A stretch of DNA of 26,235 nucleotides from Parachlamydiaceae bacterium (GCA_003164155.1 PLSG01000414.1:1-26235), one strand, 5' to 3'. Shown: positions 16,531 through 25,340, counted from the stretch's first letter. Translations and numbers: made by a program. The notes: a model not told the origin generated them from the letters alone.

Positions 16531-18986
16531 GCCTGAACCTCTTTGCTGAGGATCGTTTGAATGGCCTGAGAGACAGTCATGCCTGCGTTCGTCAAGTCTT
16601 TGATTTGGGCATATTCTTCGGCTTTAGTGCTGTATAGCTGTTTGGAGAATGGATCGAGCATCAACCTACCGATAGAAAAATTGCCATTGGGATCGTTAAT
16701 TAGAACTTCGCTGTATTCTCCTTGTTTTACACTGACGCTTTCTAGAGCTCTTAACATGGCGGGATTGCGCAATAGCTTGCCGCTATCGGCAAAGGTCTGA
16801 ATAGAAGTTTTCTTTTGCGAAAGAAAGCACCCCCAGTCGGAGTTTTCAAAAGCCGCTTTAGCTCCGGGAGTGGTAAAAAAATCTTCTAAGCTTTGCGTCC
16901 CCACTACTAAAGAGCCTTTGTATTTTCTTAAACGCCTGGCTAAGGTCTCAATGAATTCTCCGGTTTGAGGAGCTCTCAAAAGATCCCAAGCCTCATCGAT
17001 GCAGATATAGAAAGGTGTTTTTCGATCACCTAAAAAGGCCTGATTGGCAATGGTCATGATGACTAGCTGTAAAACGACAGACTGCAAATCTTTTTTGTTT
17101 TTTAGCTCTTCCAACTCAATGAGCACCAATTCGCGGTTGAAATTGACATTATTTTCCCCTTCAAAATACTTGGCATACACTCCATCCTTAGTATAGGGCT
17201 TTAACATAACCCCCAAAACTTGGGCTTTTTCGTTGGATTGGGCAAGTAAGGCGTTCGCTACTTCTGTAATGGTGGCATTTCGACCGTGCGTTTCCCAAAC
17301 CACTTGTAGGGCGGTTTCAATTAAGGCATTTTCATAATCTGTCGTTCCCTCTGAGGGAGAAGCCATACAGCTTACGATGGCTTTTAGAAAGCTAAAAGCC
17401 GTTTCTTTTTGATCTTGATCCTCTATGACGATCTTGGAAAAGGGATTAAGACAAATGTTAGACTCCTTATTAAACTCCAACTTTTGTCCGCCTACTAGAT
17501 CGCACATTTTTTCATAGCTGCGCCCTACGTCCAAAATATAAACGCGGGCTCCCGTTCTTAGGCCGTTGAGCAACAAATCCTGCATGAAGACCGATTTCCC
17601 CGATCCGCTGCGTCCCACTACAATGGTGTTATAATTTCCAGCCATATTGTCAAAGGGATTCCAGTTGAGCAGCTGCCCTCGCCTGCCAACCAATAGCATG
17701 CCCGGTGTGGGAGTTCCCGCCCACTCTCCTTGGATCGGAATGAATAGGGGGCATTCTGTAGTCAAAGTCGTTTTAAGTACCTGCATGCTGTTGAGGTCGT
17801 TGGCTACTTCTCCCCAAGCTGTAGGCAAGATCGACACCAGGTGCGCAAAATGCGTATAGCGATTTTCTGAAAGCTCAAATTGGTTGGCTTTAAAAACATT
17901 GCGCAATTCCTGCTCCGTTTCCCCTTTCTTCTCATTGGTAGACCAAAATCCGCAACTCAGTTGGGTTTTGACGAATTTGGCTCCTTGTTCAATTGAGCGG
18001 CGCACAAAATCGCATTCTCTAAGCTCCGCCGCTAATTCGGGAATCAAGCGAATGAGGTAATTGGATTTGCCCTGGTTTTCAATTAATCGCGAGCGATTGT
18101 TGAAGTTTTTTTCAGCTTTAGCCTGTTTGGGGAAATGCACGCCGTAGTGCAAAAAGAATGGCTGATTTATGCGATAGCTATCGCGCACCGAATCGCCTAT
18201 CAAATTTTGCATTCCCAGGGGATTCCACTGTGAAGGAACATCGACTACGCAATAGCTTTTAAAGACAGCCTCATCGTCAAAATACACTCCGTCTTTTTCT
18301 ATGTGCGTTTCGCCTCCGGTCATCAGCTGACTGGACAGATCATCTAAGATGTTGTGCCGGCGCCTGTGCAAGGCGGATGAGTTGGTGAAGTTCAGGGCAT
18401 AGCCTGCGGTTTCTAGAAATGTCTGGGGACCCATGCCGTGAGCTTTAGTTATCGTCTGCAATAGATGCAATAATTTATTGCGCATCTCGCTTAAGCGCTT
18501 TGCCTCTTCTGTGTAGCTGTCTTTGTAAGGCACGCTATAAGAAAGGATAAAGCGGAAATTGCGCACAGCAATAGAGCTCGATTGATAGTATTTTTTCCGA
18601 TGCTCTGCAATTTCTGCATATAGACCCTTACGATGACTTTTAGACCACCAGTTGATAAATGGATCTATTCTGTGATCGGCCAAAAGTAAAAATTGAATGG
18701 ATGCTCCTTCCCAAAACAAATCCTCAAAAATGCTGGCTAGCAGTTTTTGATGATGCTCATCCACCCCCACCAAGGGAATGGCTTCTATGGCAAATCCCAC
18801 ACTGGATTTATTCACAAAAAGGCCATGAGTCACATCATAACTCTCAAAAGGCAAAAATTTTGCCAATGCATCGACTTTAAAAAGGTCTTTAACATCGCCT
18901 AAGGCAGTATCATAGCTTCTTTTCTCACCACAAATGCGGGCAATCTTGCTACCTATCTTGCTGAGCATATTTAGCGATCTCCGCAT
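16527..18986 (-). CDS. traC: VirB4-like ATPase TraC
   Basis: Walker A GRSGSGKS, ILDVGRSY, CIDEAWDLL, ARRLRKYKGS and LDPFS..LYST. Confidence 0.96.
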   Translation of the reverse strand: MRRSLNMLSKIGSKIARICGEKRSYDTALGDVKDLFKVDALAKFLPFESYDVTHGLFVNKSSVGFAIEAIPLVGVDEHHQKLLASIFEDLFWEGASIQFLLLADHRIDPFINWWSKSHRKGLYAEIAEHRKKYYQSSSIAVRNFRFILSYSVPYKDSYTEEAKRLSEMRNKLLHLLQTITKAHGMGPQTFLETAGYALNFTNSSALHRRRHNILDDLSSQLMTGGETHIEKDGVYFDDEAVFKSYCVVDVPSQWNPLGMQNLIGDSVRDSYRINQPFFLHYGVHFPKQAKAEKNFNNRSRLIENQGKSNYLIRLIPELAAELRECDFVRRSIEQGAKFVKTQLSCGFWSTNEKKGETEQELRNVFKANQFELSENRYTHFAHLVSILPTAWGEVANDLNSMQVLKTTLTTECPLFIPIQGEWAGTPTPGMLLVGRRGQLLNWNPFDNMAGNYNTIVVGRSGSGKSVFMQDLLLNGLRTGARVYILDVGRSYEKMCDLVGGQKLEFNKESNICLNPFSKIVIEDQDQKETAFSFLKAIVSCMASPSEGTTDYENALIETALQVVWETHGRNATITEVANALLAQSNEKAQVLGVMLKPYTKDGVYAKYFEGENNVNFNRELVLIELEELKNKKDLQSVVLQLVIMTIANQAFLGDRKTPFYICIDEAWDLLRAPQTGEFIETLARRLRKYKGSLVVGTQSLEDFFTTPGAKAAFENSDWGCFLSQKKTSIQTFADSGKLLRNPAMLRALESVSVKQGEYSEVLINDPNGNFSIGRLMLDPFSKQLYSTKAEEYAQIKDLTNAGMTVSQAIQTILSKEVQA

Positions 18987-19297
18987 TCTAAATCCTCATT
19001 AAAATAGATGTAAGCCGGTTGTTCGCAGCCTTTAGGGGCTATCCAAATTCTTCTCTGAAATGGAGCAGAGGGTTCGATGGGCGGGGTGCACTTACACGTA
19101 GGATCTTTTTGCATATCGACAAGTTTGGGAACACATCCTAAAAACTGATCTTCCCCGCAAGGCGACTCGATGATCATTTTTTCTAACGTGGTCACAGGTG
19201 TGCAGGGGATTCCCTCACCTGGAGGACAATCAAAATTCGTTTTATACATACTGCAAGACGTTAGGAGAGCTATCAAGACAATTATATAAGGCATCAT
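18971..19297 (-). CDS. traV: Lipoprotein TraV
   Basis: Lipobox LLTS|C, FDCPPGEGIPC and RIWIAP; immediately upstream of traC. Confidence 0.88.
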   Translation of the reverse strand: MMPYIIVLIALLTSCSMYKTNFDCPPGEGIPCTPVTTLEKMIIESPCGEDQFLGCVPKLVDMQKDPTCKCTPPIEPSAPFQRRIWIAPKGCEQPAYIYFNEDLECGDR

Positions 19298-19878
19298 AGA
19301 CCTTTTTTAGCTGCATTTTGAACAAATTTGAAATCTGGTACATCCTTGGGAAATAGCTTCCCATTTATCTCGGCAGTGGGAACTGCCAAGACCTTTTCCT
19401 CTTGCTGTAAAAATACAAAGGCATCGTTAAAAGCAGATTGTCGTTTGAGAAACTCATGGTCATCTAACAGGGGTAGAGGTTTTTTAAAAATGCCCATAGC
19501 CGCTATCATGCATTGAGCCATAAGTTCTGGCTCATTAGGTATCGCCTCTTCAAACATCACTTCGAGGAATAATTGTTTTTGATGCGCATCCAGCTGGGCT
19601 AGGCATACCATAGCTTGGAGAGTGGGCAAATCGAGCGGTGTTGGGTGAAATTCGAATAAGATTTTTCCTGTATCGATATATTCCTTTTTGATGCGGGCAA
19701 AGTCGTTTTTAAATATCTTCAGGCAATGGGGGCATTGAAATGAAAAATACTCTACAAGTTTAATAGAAGCGTCCTCTTTGCCATAGCTTATGAGGTACTG
19801 CTTGCCTAGTTGTTCTACTGCTTGGACATTGCCGCATGTTGTCAAAACACACAGGAGTATATATTTCAATATGCGCAT
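19294..19878 (-). CDS. DsbA-like thiol-disulfide oxidoreductase
   Basis: LVEYFSFQCPHC active site, cis-Pro loop VPT..INGK and an N-terminal signal sequence. Confidence 0.88.
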   Translation of the reverse strand: MRILKYILLCVLTTCGNVQAVEQLGKQYLISYGKEDASIKLVEYFSFQCPHCLKIFKNDFARIKKEYIDTGKILFEFHPTPLDLPTLQAMVCLAQLDAHQKQLFLEVMFEEAIPNEPELMAQCMIAAMGIFKKPLPLLDDHEFLKRQSAFNDAFVFLQQEEKVLAVPTAEINGKLFPKDVPDFKFVQNAAKKGL

Positions 19879-21113
19879 TCTTCGCGTTTCCCTCCGTTGC
19901 GCACCTTCTCATGAGTGTGCAGGTCTCCTAAGTCAGCGCTATCTAAAAATGTGATATCCACGATCCTTCCTGAGGTGATTTGAATCACCGGTCGCAATTG
20001 CTCGGCTCTTTCGATAAAATAATCAGTCAAAGCATCCATTGCATTCGTCACCCCTTCGCTGCCTCCTGCAATGGCTATCTGGCCGGCAGTTTTCCCCCAT
20101 CCAGCCCCAACCTGTCCATTTCCTGCAACGCATCCCAATGGACCGGCAGGAGAAAGCTTAGCTAATGCGGCAGCCTCAAAAAAGTCACCAGCTCCAGCTA
20201 GAAAGCCTGTAATCAAGGCATTTTCAATTAATTGACAGCTTTTATCGACCACCGTTCCTCTAAGGCCATATTTGCCATCTTCCCCTGATACATATCCAGC
20301 CACTTGTGTTTCGATGAAACATCCATCCATGCGCACCTGTGTGAGCTTTTCTAAGCGAAAATAGACACGTTCGCTGGAAAGATCGCCGTAAACCGAAGCT
20401 GTGATGATTCCTCCCTTTAGCTTGGCACGCACTTCTTTTGGCAGACGTCCATCAGCAATAATCCTTAGCTTAACTGGAAGTGGATCAGTGCTGCCTTTAA
20501 CTCCACATGTCATGTCAACGCTGGAGACTAAAATGGCTTTTACACTTGTCCCTGCGGGGATAGTTCGATCAATATGATGTAAAGAGGATGGCTCTTGACA
20601 CGTTACATTTGCCAAAGGCATAAACATCTCTTGATTGGCTTGTAGAGGCTCTGCATGATGGAGGAATGGATCCCAGCCTTCTTTATGGTAGTTCTCTGAA
20701 ACAGTTTTTATTTCAGCTTGCAGAGTGTCCTTGATTGCATCTGAAGATGCAATAGCGGTTTGATTTTTTTTGAGTTCCATGCGCAAACTCTCAATTTCAT
20801 TGCGCAATAGGGAAATTTCATTCTGCGTTTCATTATGCCGCACTTCCTCATCTTTAACGCGTCCTACTACCAAATCTTGGATGTAGCTTACTTTGCCGTG
20901 TACAACTTCATTTTCCGATTGGACACGATCCATCCACATCTCTTTAGGATCAACAGTATCTAAAGGTAAGTTGGCGCTTGTAGAAAATGTCCTCTTTGGC
21001 TGATTTTCGAATTCCATCAGAAAAAAAATGGCTGCGATAGCTACAACAACGGCACATATTATTGCCAACAGCACCCATTTTTGTGATCTTCTTGTCTCGT
21101 CATTCACTCCCAT
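19866..21113 (-). CDS. traB: VirB10-like TraB
   Basis: IPAGTSVKAIL, GDLSSERVYFRLEKL, GYVSGEDGKYGLRG.VV and PVIQITSGR. Start moved to ATG 21113 (AAAGGGG upstream), which avoids overlap with traK. Confidence 0.93.
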   Translation of the reverse strand: MGVNDETRRSQKWVLLAIICAVVVAIAAIFFLMEFENQPKRTFSTSANLPLDTVDPKEMWMDRVQSENEVVHGKVSYIQDLVVGRVKDEEVRHNETQNEISLLRNEIESLRMELKKNQTAIASSDAIKDTLQAEIKTVSENYHKEGWDPFLHHAEPLQANQEMFMPLANVTCQEPSSLHHIDRTIPAGTSVKAILVSSVDMTCGVKGSTDPLPVKLRIIADGRLPKEVRAKLKGGIITASVYGDLSSERVYFRLEKLTQVRMDGCFIETQVAGYVSGEDGKYGLRGTVVDKSCQLIENALITGFLAGAGDFFEAAALAKLSPAGPLGCVAGNGQVGAGWGKTAGQIAIAGGSEGVTNAMDALTDYFIERAEQLRPVIQITSGRIVDITFLDSADLGDLHTHEKVRNGGKREECAY

Positions 21114-21130
21114 TTCCCCTTTATCAACTT

Positions 21131-21838
21131 TTAACGCATACAGCCAATGAGAACCAGTGCACACTCATCGGGTTTTAACTTATACCGATCAAGGAAAACC
21201 CAATCGCCATCTAGAACATTAACTTGGCATTCAGTCATGCGTTTAGCACATTTGGATATGTTCTGAAGGCGGTAAACGAAAATGATCTGTTGGTTATTAA
21301 CCAGTCGGTTAAGACGTTGAAATTTCAACTGATCTTTCACTTGTACATCTGGATCGTCCACAGAGACATAACCTTCAGGAAGAATTCCTCTGACATATCC
21401 TTCGACCAGTTCTTTGATTATATCTTGATCAACTGAGCTGGACAGTGGAGATTGAATGCTATCCATAACCATGCAATTCTCTACAATAGCTTCTGAAATA
21501 GGTTGCAGCATGATTATTTCACTAGAACTATCCTCGAAATGTAGTTCCAAGTCTTGGACTTTCCCTGAAGCTGTTACCAGGGATATCGTAGTGGGAGGAC
21601 ATAAGGCGCGCAATGCTTGTACAAAAATTTGTCCATTTCCCTCTTCAACTTCGATGGAGACTTCAGAATTTTTGAAAAATGCCTTTTTAATGCGATCTCC
21701 ATTAATTCCTAGGCGATTGTGGTGGCGTGAAGAAAGCTTCACTTGAATCACGGATAGAGGGTCCATCGGGATAAATTGAGTTGCATATGCATTAAAAAAG
21801 CTAGCCAACATGCACAACGCTAATAGATTTTTAATCAT
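21131..21838 (-). CDS. traK: TraK
   Basis: Signal peptide, LSSRHHNRLGI and TTISLVTASGKVQDL; lies between traE and traB with an ATGA overlap. Confidence 0.85.
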   Translation of the reverse strand: MIKNLLALCMLASFFNAYATQFIPMDPLSVIQVKLSSRHHNRLGINGDRIKKAFFKNSEVSIEVEEGNGQIFVQALRALCPPTTISLVTASGKVQDLELHFEDSSSEIIMLQPISEAIVENCMVMDSIQSPLSSSVDQDIIKELVEGYVRGILPEGYVSVDDPDVQVKDQLKFQRLNRLVNNQQIIFVYRLQNISKCAKRMTECQVNVLDGDWVFLDRYKLKPDECALVLIGCMR

Positions 21839-22389
21839 TTCGCCTCCACTCTTTCTATGGAAGATAGAAGTAATCTGCCGCCGAGGTTTTCAAATCCTAA
21901 CCGATACCTCTCAGATAACTTTGAAAGTACCTTATCACCTACAATAAGATTGCGATCCCCATCTATGGTTATGGTTTTATCCTGGGGGTTGACAAAGATC
22001 TTGCTCCTGAAAAACACATATGAGGCATTATCTTTCTTTAATTTTGCCACTTCTTCCGAAAGCTTCTGAGAGAGCACATGCGCAAAGGAAGGAGCTGTAT
22101 GGCGCATTAGGATAGTTAACTGCATATCCGCAGTAGCCGGAGCACGTGTTAGCAAGAGATCCCCTATAAAACATCCCATTTGTTCTAAATACGAGGGCGA
22201 TACATTGGCTCCTTCCACCCAAAATTCTTTTTCAATAAATGGAGGCATGATAATCACTCTCTCAGACTTCTGAAAAAGGAGAGAGCTCAATAAAATAGCT
22301 AATCCTAAAAGCAAAAATAGGACAGCTAAAAAGATATTGCGCTGCAAGGTGAGCGATCTCAACGTGTTATCTCTGATAAGTTCGTTCAT
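21835..22389 (-). CDS. traE: TraE
   Basis: One TM then ERVIIMPPF...FWV....VSPSYLEQM; ATGA overlaps with traL and traK. Confidence 0.92.
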   Translation of the reverse strand: MNELIRDNTLRSLTLQRNIFLAVLFLLLGLAILLSSLLFQKSERVIIMPPFIEKEFWVEGANVSPSYLEQMGCFIGDLLLTRAPATADMQLTILMRHTAPSFAHVLSQKLSEEVAKLKKDNASYVFFRSKIFVNPQDKTITIDGDRNLIVGDKVLSKLSERYRLGFENLGGRLLLSSIERVEAK

Positions 22390-22649
22390 CTTCTAAATCT
22401 CCTAGCATAAGAGGGAGGCAGCCGTTTCAAGCCATATCCTAAAGTCCAATAGAGATAACCATGCAAATGAATTGGGGCAAAGCGCTTACGGAATTTTGCA
22501 TATGCCCATCTGACTATAAAACCACTCAAAATAAGCACAAGATTGCCAAATAGAACGCCCAGCATCATGGGTGCAAACATGATGAATACATCATCGATGC
22601 GCCAAAACAACAAACGCGGGATATGATCTAAAGTTTTTAAGGTCTCCAT
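22386..22649 (-). CDS. traL: TraL
   Basis: LDHIPRLLFWRIDD, hydrophobic core, YLYW and LPPSYARRF. Confidence 0.9.
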   Translation of the reverse strand: METLKTLDHIPRLLFWRIDDVFIMFAPMMLGVLFGNLVLILSGFIVRWAYAKFRKRFAPIHLHGYLYWTLGYGLKRLPPSYARRFRR

Positions 22650-22652
22650 GTT

Positions 22653-22982
22653 TTACATCCCCGGCAGTACCGCTCCGAACACTGTATCGATGAAGTAAGG
22701 CACAATGGCCATCAAAAGCCCTATGCCTCCATACGTCATGATGGGACGATATGAAGCTGTGATACAGGTTGAGATAACCCCATATGCTATGCCCAGTACA
22801 CCAATTAATTTGGTGATAGGCCCGAAAACGATCTGCTTGATCTCTTGCGTTTTGCTATCTACAGCGAGGTTAAAAGATTCCCAAGTTTTCTCCACTTTTG
22901 CGTCTTTTTTAACAATTTCTGCTGCTGAAATCGCAAATGGTAAAGCCCAAAAGGTCAATAGCATAGTCAAAATCCACTTCAT
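22653..22982 (-). CDS. traA: Conjugative pilin precursor (TraA-like)
   Basis: 109 aa with signal peptide and two hydrophobic helices; first gene of the operon. AAGGAG lies upstream of ATG 22982 (track start 23030 is a TTG). Confidence 0.8.
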   Translation of the reverse strand: MKWILTMLLTFWALPFAISAAEIVKKDAKVEKTWESFNLAVDSKTQEIKQIVFGPITKLIGVLGIAYGVISTCITASYRPIMTYGGIGLLMAIVPYFIDTVFGAVLPGM

Positions 22983-23223
22983 ACAAATCTCCTTAAATTT
23001 TGAGAGAAATTCTTCTTTGCTTGATTCCAATATTTAAGCAATTAGCTAATCTGCCTAACTTTGGTTTTTTAAGATATGCGCCCAACATGAAGGAGCGCCT
23101 ATAGCCAAATAGGCTAGCGGCTCTGCTCCATCAGCATGCAATTGGAGATAGTGAGAATGAAAGGGGATAAGTTGATCACGACTTGGACATATGTCCACAA
23201 AAAATGAGGATTTCCGCATACTT

Positions 23224-23316
23224 TCACACTCCCTCCGCTGGCATTACCCAGATCAGGTTATTAGGGAATTATCTCAGCCAAGTAGCGACAATTCGCCGAC
23301 TTAGCACCCCTGGTGA
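23224..23316 (-). promoter_or_regulatory. TPP (thiamine pyrophosphate) riboswitch aptamer
   Basis: Minus strand: UCACCAGGGGUGCUAAGUCGGCGAAUUGUCGCUACUUGGCUGAGAUAAUUCCCUAAUAACCUGAUCUGGGUAAUGCCAGCGGAGGGAGUGUGA. It contains the THI-box motifs AGGGGUGC, GCUGAGA and ACCUGAUCUGGGUAAUGCCAGCG.AGGGA. Pairings: P3 GCUAAGU/ACUUGGC, P3a GGCGA/UCGCU, P4 CCU/AGG, P5 CUGG/CCAG. P1 is short. Confidence 0.93.
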
Positions 23317-23337
23317 CACAAGAAAATTTAAATATCT

Positions 23338-23368
23338 ATGATTTACATGATCCAAAAGCGCATGTCAA
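23338..23368 (-). promoter_or_regulatory. Candidate sigma70-type promoter for the riboswitch/tra transcript
   Basis: Perfect TTGACA at 23368-23363 on the minus strand, about 50 nt upstream of the aptamer. The -10 at 17-nt spacing (TAAATC) is poor. Confidence 0.4.
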
Positions 23369-23669
23369 TAAAAAAAGCAATCTGCATAGATTTTTTGGCA
23401 ACAATCAGGTGTAGCAATCAATCCATTCTAAGTTAGCCAAAAGCATATCATACACTTTTCAAGCGATCTGCTGAAACCTTGCTTACAACCAATGATTTAC
23501 AGAACGAGAAATGGCTCATACATGAATTAACGCTATCATAAATATGGTCTATATACGCTCCTAGATTTGGAACGGGTATCGACAGTCACACCCAATTAAA
23601 ATTTTCTTTTATTTCATCCCTGTTTGTGTTATAAAAGATTTGAAAAAACCATTCGCCAAAGGCAAAAAA

Positions 23670-24077
23670 ATGGATTTAGATATAGAAGTAATAAAAAAAA
23701 TTCAAAATAAGCAGTATGCTACATTCATCTCTTCTAACTTGTATGACAATCTGGAAAAGCACATACTAACAAAAAAGAAGCTTTCCAGAAGTGGATTGAC
23801 AAAGCAAAATTGGGTATCTGATGCTATCCACGAGTACTTGGAGCATGAAAAAAGTGAGGGGTCGCAAAGCTTGCAAGAGCGGCGCATCTCAATAAGAATA
23901 GATATTCTAACCTTGAGGAATTTGAAGGCCTGTGTAGAGAAAATGAAAAAATCTAATCCTAGCTATTCCTTAAAAAAATTGCTTGTGCATGCTATCGAAT
24001 CCAAACTAGAGCGCGAAAAGGATGAGGTAAAGAAAAAAATCGATGAATATCTTGAGACTTTAAAAAATAAGAACTGA
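23670..24077 (+). CDS. Tandem ribbon-helix-helix DNA-binding protein (TraY-like architecture)
   Basis: Two beta-alpha-alpha patterns: KQYATFISSNLYDNLEKHI...LTKQNWVSDAIHEYLEHE and RRISIRIDILTLRNLKACVEKM...YSLKKLLVHAIESKLERE. Divergent from traA. ATG 23670 preferred over TTG 23640. Confidence 0.7.
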   Translation: MDLDIEVIKKIQNKQYATFISSNLYDNLEKHILTKKKLSRSGLTKQNWVSDAIHEYLEHEKSEGSQSLQERRISIRIDILTLRNLKACVEKMKKSNPSYSLKKLLVHAIESKLEREKDEVKKKIDEYLETLKNKN

Positions 24078-24650
24078 GGGAAAATGATGCGGTCATAAGG
24101 CCAAAAAATAGGGGTAAAGCTAACGCCATAATCTGTAAGAGTCGTTGTAAATGCGCATGAAGTTCTTGGCAGAGCAAGAGCCGTAACTGATCAGATCTTC
24201 CACTCTAACAACAACACAGTTAGTGGTCAATAATGCCCAACCCAGTTGAACCTTAGCACTATGATATCGTGGATGAATGCGTATGATGGGATTTGGATTG
24301 CTGCGATCAAAAAGATAGTCGCTTCATATTCATTCAATCTCATTAAAATAGCTTTGCCTATTTCCTCATCGTAAGCAACAACAATATGTAGCGCTTCACA
24401 CAGCTAAAATTTTGACGAGGCTACTAGCCAATAATCACTCGACTCAATAATTTCTCTATGGAGAAAAATTAGTTATTTTGATATAATGAAGGTTAGCTAA
24501 TCTATTAAATTTTAAATATGTACCAGAGCTCTAGGGTATCGTTGGATTCATTCAGAAAGTTCTAACCGATATATGGAATCCTAAGGATGGGCATTGGAAA
24601 AATTATCAGGAAAGTGATACAAAATAAAGAAATAACGAGGTAGAAAAATC

Positions 24651-25304
24651 ATGAGTTCATCAGTGAGTTCAACTCCAATAGCTCGTCCAAGAACAGAAGA
24701 ATGCAAAGTGCCTGCTCCTTTAAAAAATAAGTTAGATCAAAGGATTACTTCATCAGTAAGTTCCGTAGTTATTCCAAAACTAGCAGAATCCAACACATCA
24801 CTAGTCCTCTCCGCAGCAGAACGGAAAGTAGCAGCATTTAAACAGATCTCATTTCAAGTTTTAAAAGAAACACTAGTAAAAGCTCTATTCGTGGGAGATC
24901 AATTGGCTACTCCAACTGTCTTAGCAAAACCAGGTTCACCACTTTATGGGAAAAAATATACGGAATATGTTCTTTATCTTGATGGGCCTTCCGCACCAGT
25001 TGATACTTCTGTCAAAAGTATTTTTCATTTACGCTTAGACTTGATGCTCAGCAAATATGCATTACCCAATCTTGAAGAGGAATTGACGAAACTTTCTGCC
25101 CAAAAACGTATGATTTTCAATTTTTTACTAGATGGGGTGATCAATAATCCGATAATGGGAAAACTCCCTTTTTACGACCTTGAATGTTTGAGTGAACCAA
25201 AAGACTCTAAAATTGTGCGTTCCATAGTCTTACGTTCTTTAAATTCAACGTTTCCTGTATTGACTAAGGTAGAAGGAACACTTAATCCAAACTTATGGAC
25301 TTAG
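24651..25304 (+). CDS. Hypothetical protein with Ser/Thr-rich N-terminus
   Basis: 217-aa open frame, ATG preceded by GAGGT, N-terminus MSSSVSSTPIARP. No family recognised. Confidence 0.8.
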   Translation: MSSSVSSTPIARPRTEECKVPAPLKNKLDQRITSSVSSVVIPKLAESNTSLVLSAAERKVAAFKQISFQVLKETLVKALFVGDQLATPTVLAKPGSPLYGKKYTEYVLYLDGPSAPVDTSVKSIFHLRLDLMLSKYALPNLEEELTKLSAQKRMIFNFLLDGVINNPIMGKLPFYDLECLSEPKDSKIVRSIVLRSLNSTFPVLTKVEGTLNPNLWT

Positions 25305-25340
25305 AACATATGATATGGGGTGTTTTTAAAATACCCCTCT

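Larger units (their letters stand above)
5133..22982 (-). mobile_element. F-type conjugative transfer (T4SS) region of a plasmid or genomic island/ICE
   Basis: 18 co-oriented, mostly overlapping genes in recognisable F-type order from traA to traD. No frameshifts seen. Element ends cannot be defined in this window. Confidence 0.95.

Noticed and set aside
5143-22222. Numerous 60-140 aa ORFs on the + strand or in alternate - frames within tra genes (e.g. 5584-6000, 11380-11697, 13215-13577, 22028-22222)
   Set aside because: They are shadows fully overlapping well-supported tra CDSs, with no motifs or RBS support.
2712-23387. Exact 14-bp direct repeat AAAGCAATCTGCAT at 2712-2725 and 23374-23387, bracketing the tra region like att sites
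   Set aside because: About one 14-mer match is expected by chance in 26 kb (roughly 3.4e8 position pairs versus 4^14, about 2.7e8, and more with AT bias). There is no tRNA or other att context.
23570-23610. GGGTGTGAC (minus strand) loosely resembling the F nic region
   Set aside because: Only a partial match, with no adjacent inverted repeat and no relaxase to define the MOB family.
24300-24410. Minus-strand peptide EALHIVVAYDEEIGKAIL resembling the C-terminal part of DUF4258 toxins, plus a possible Cys-motif remnant nearby
   Set aside because: The match is too short, has no start, and the putative partner is on the opposite strand. It needs a blastx hit before it can be called.
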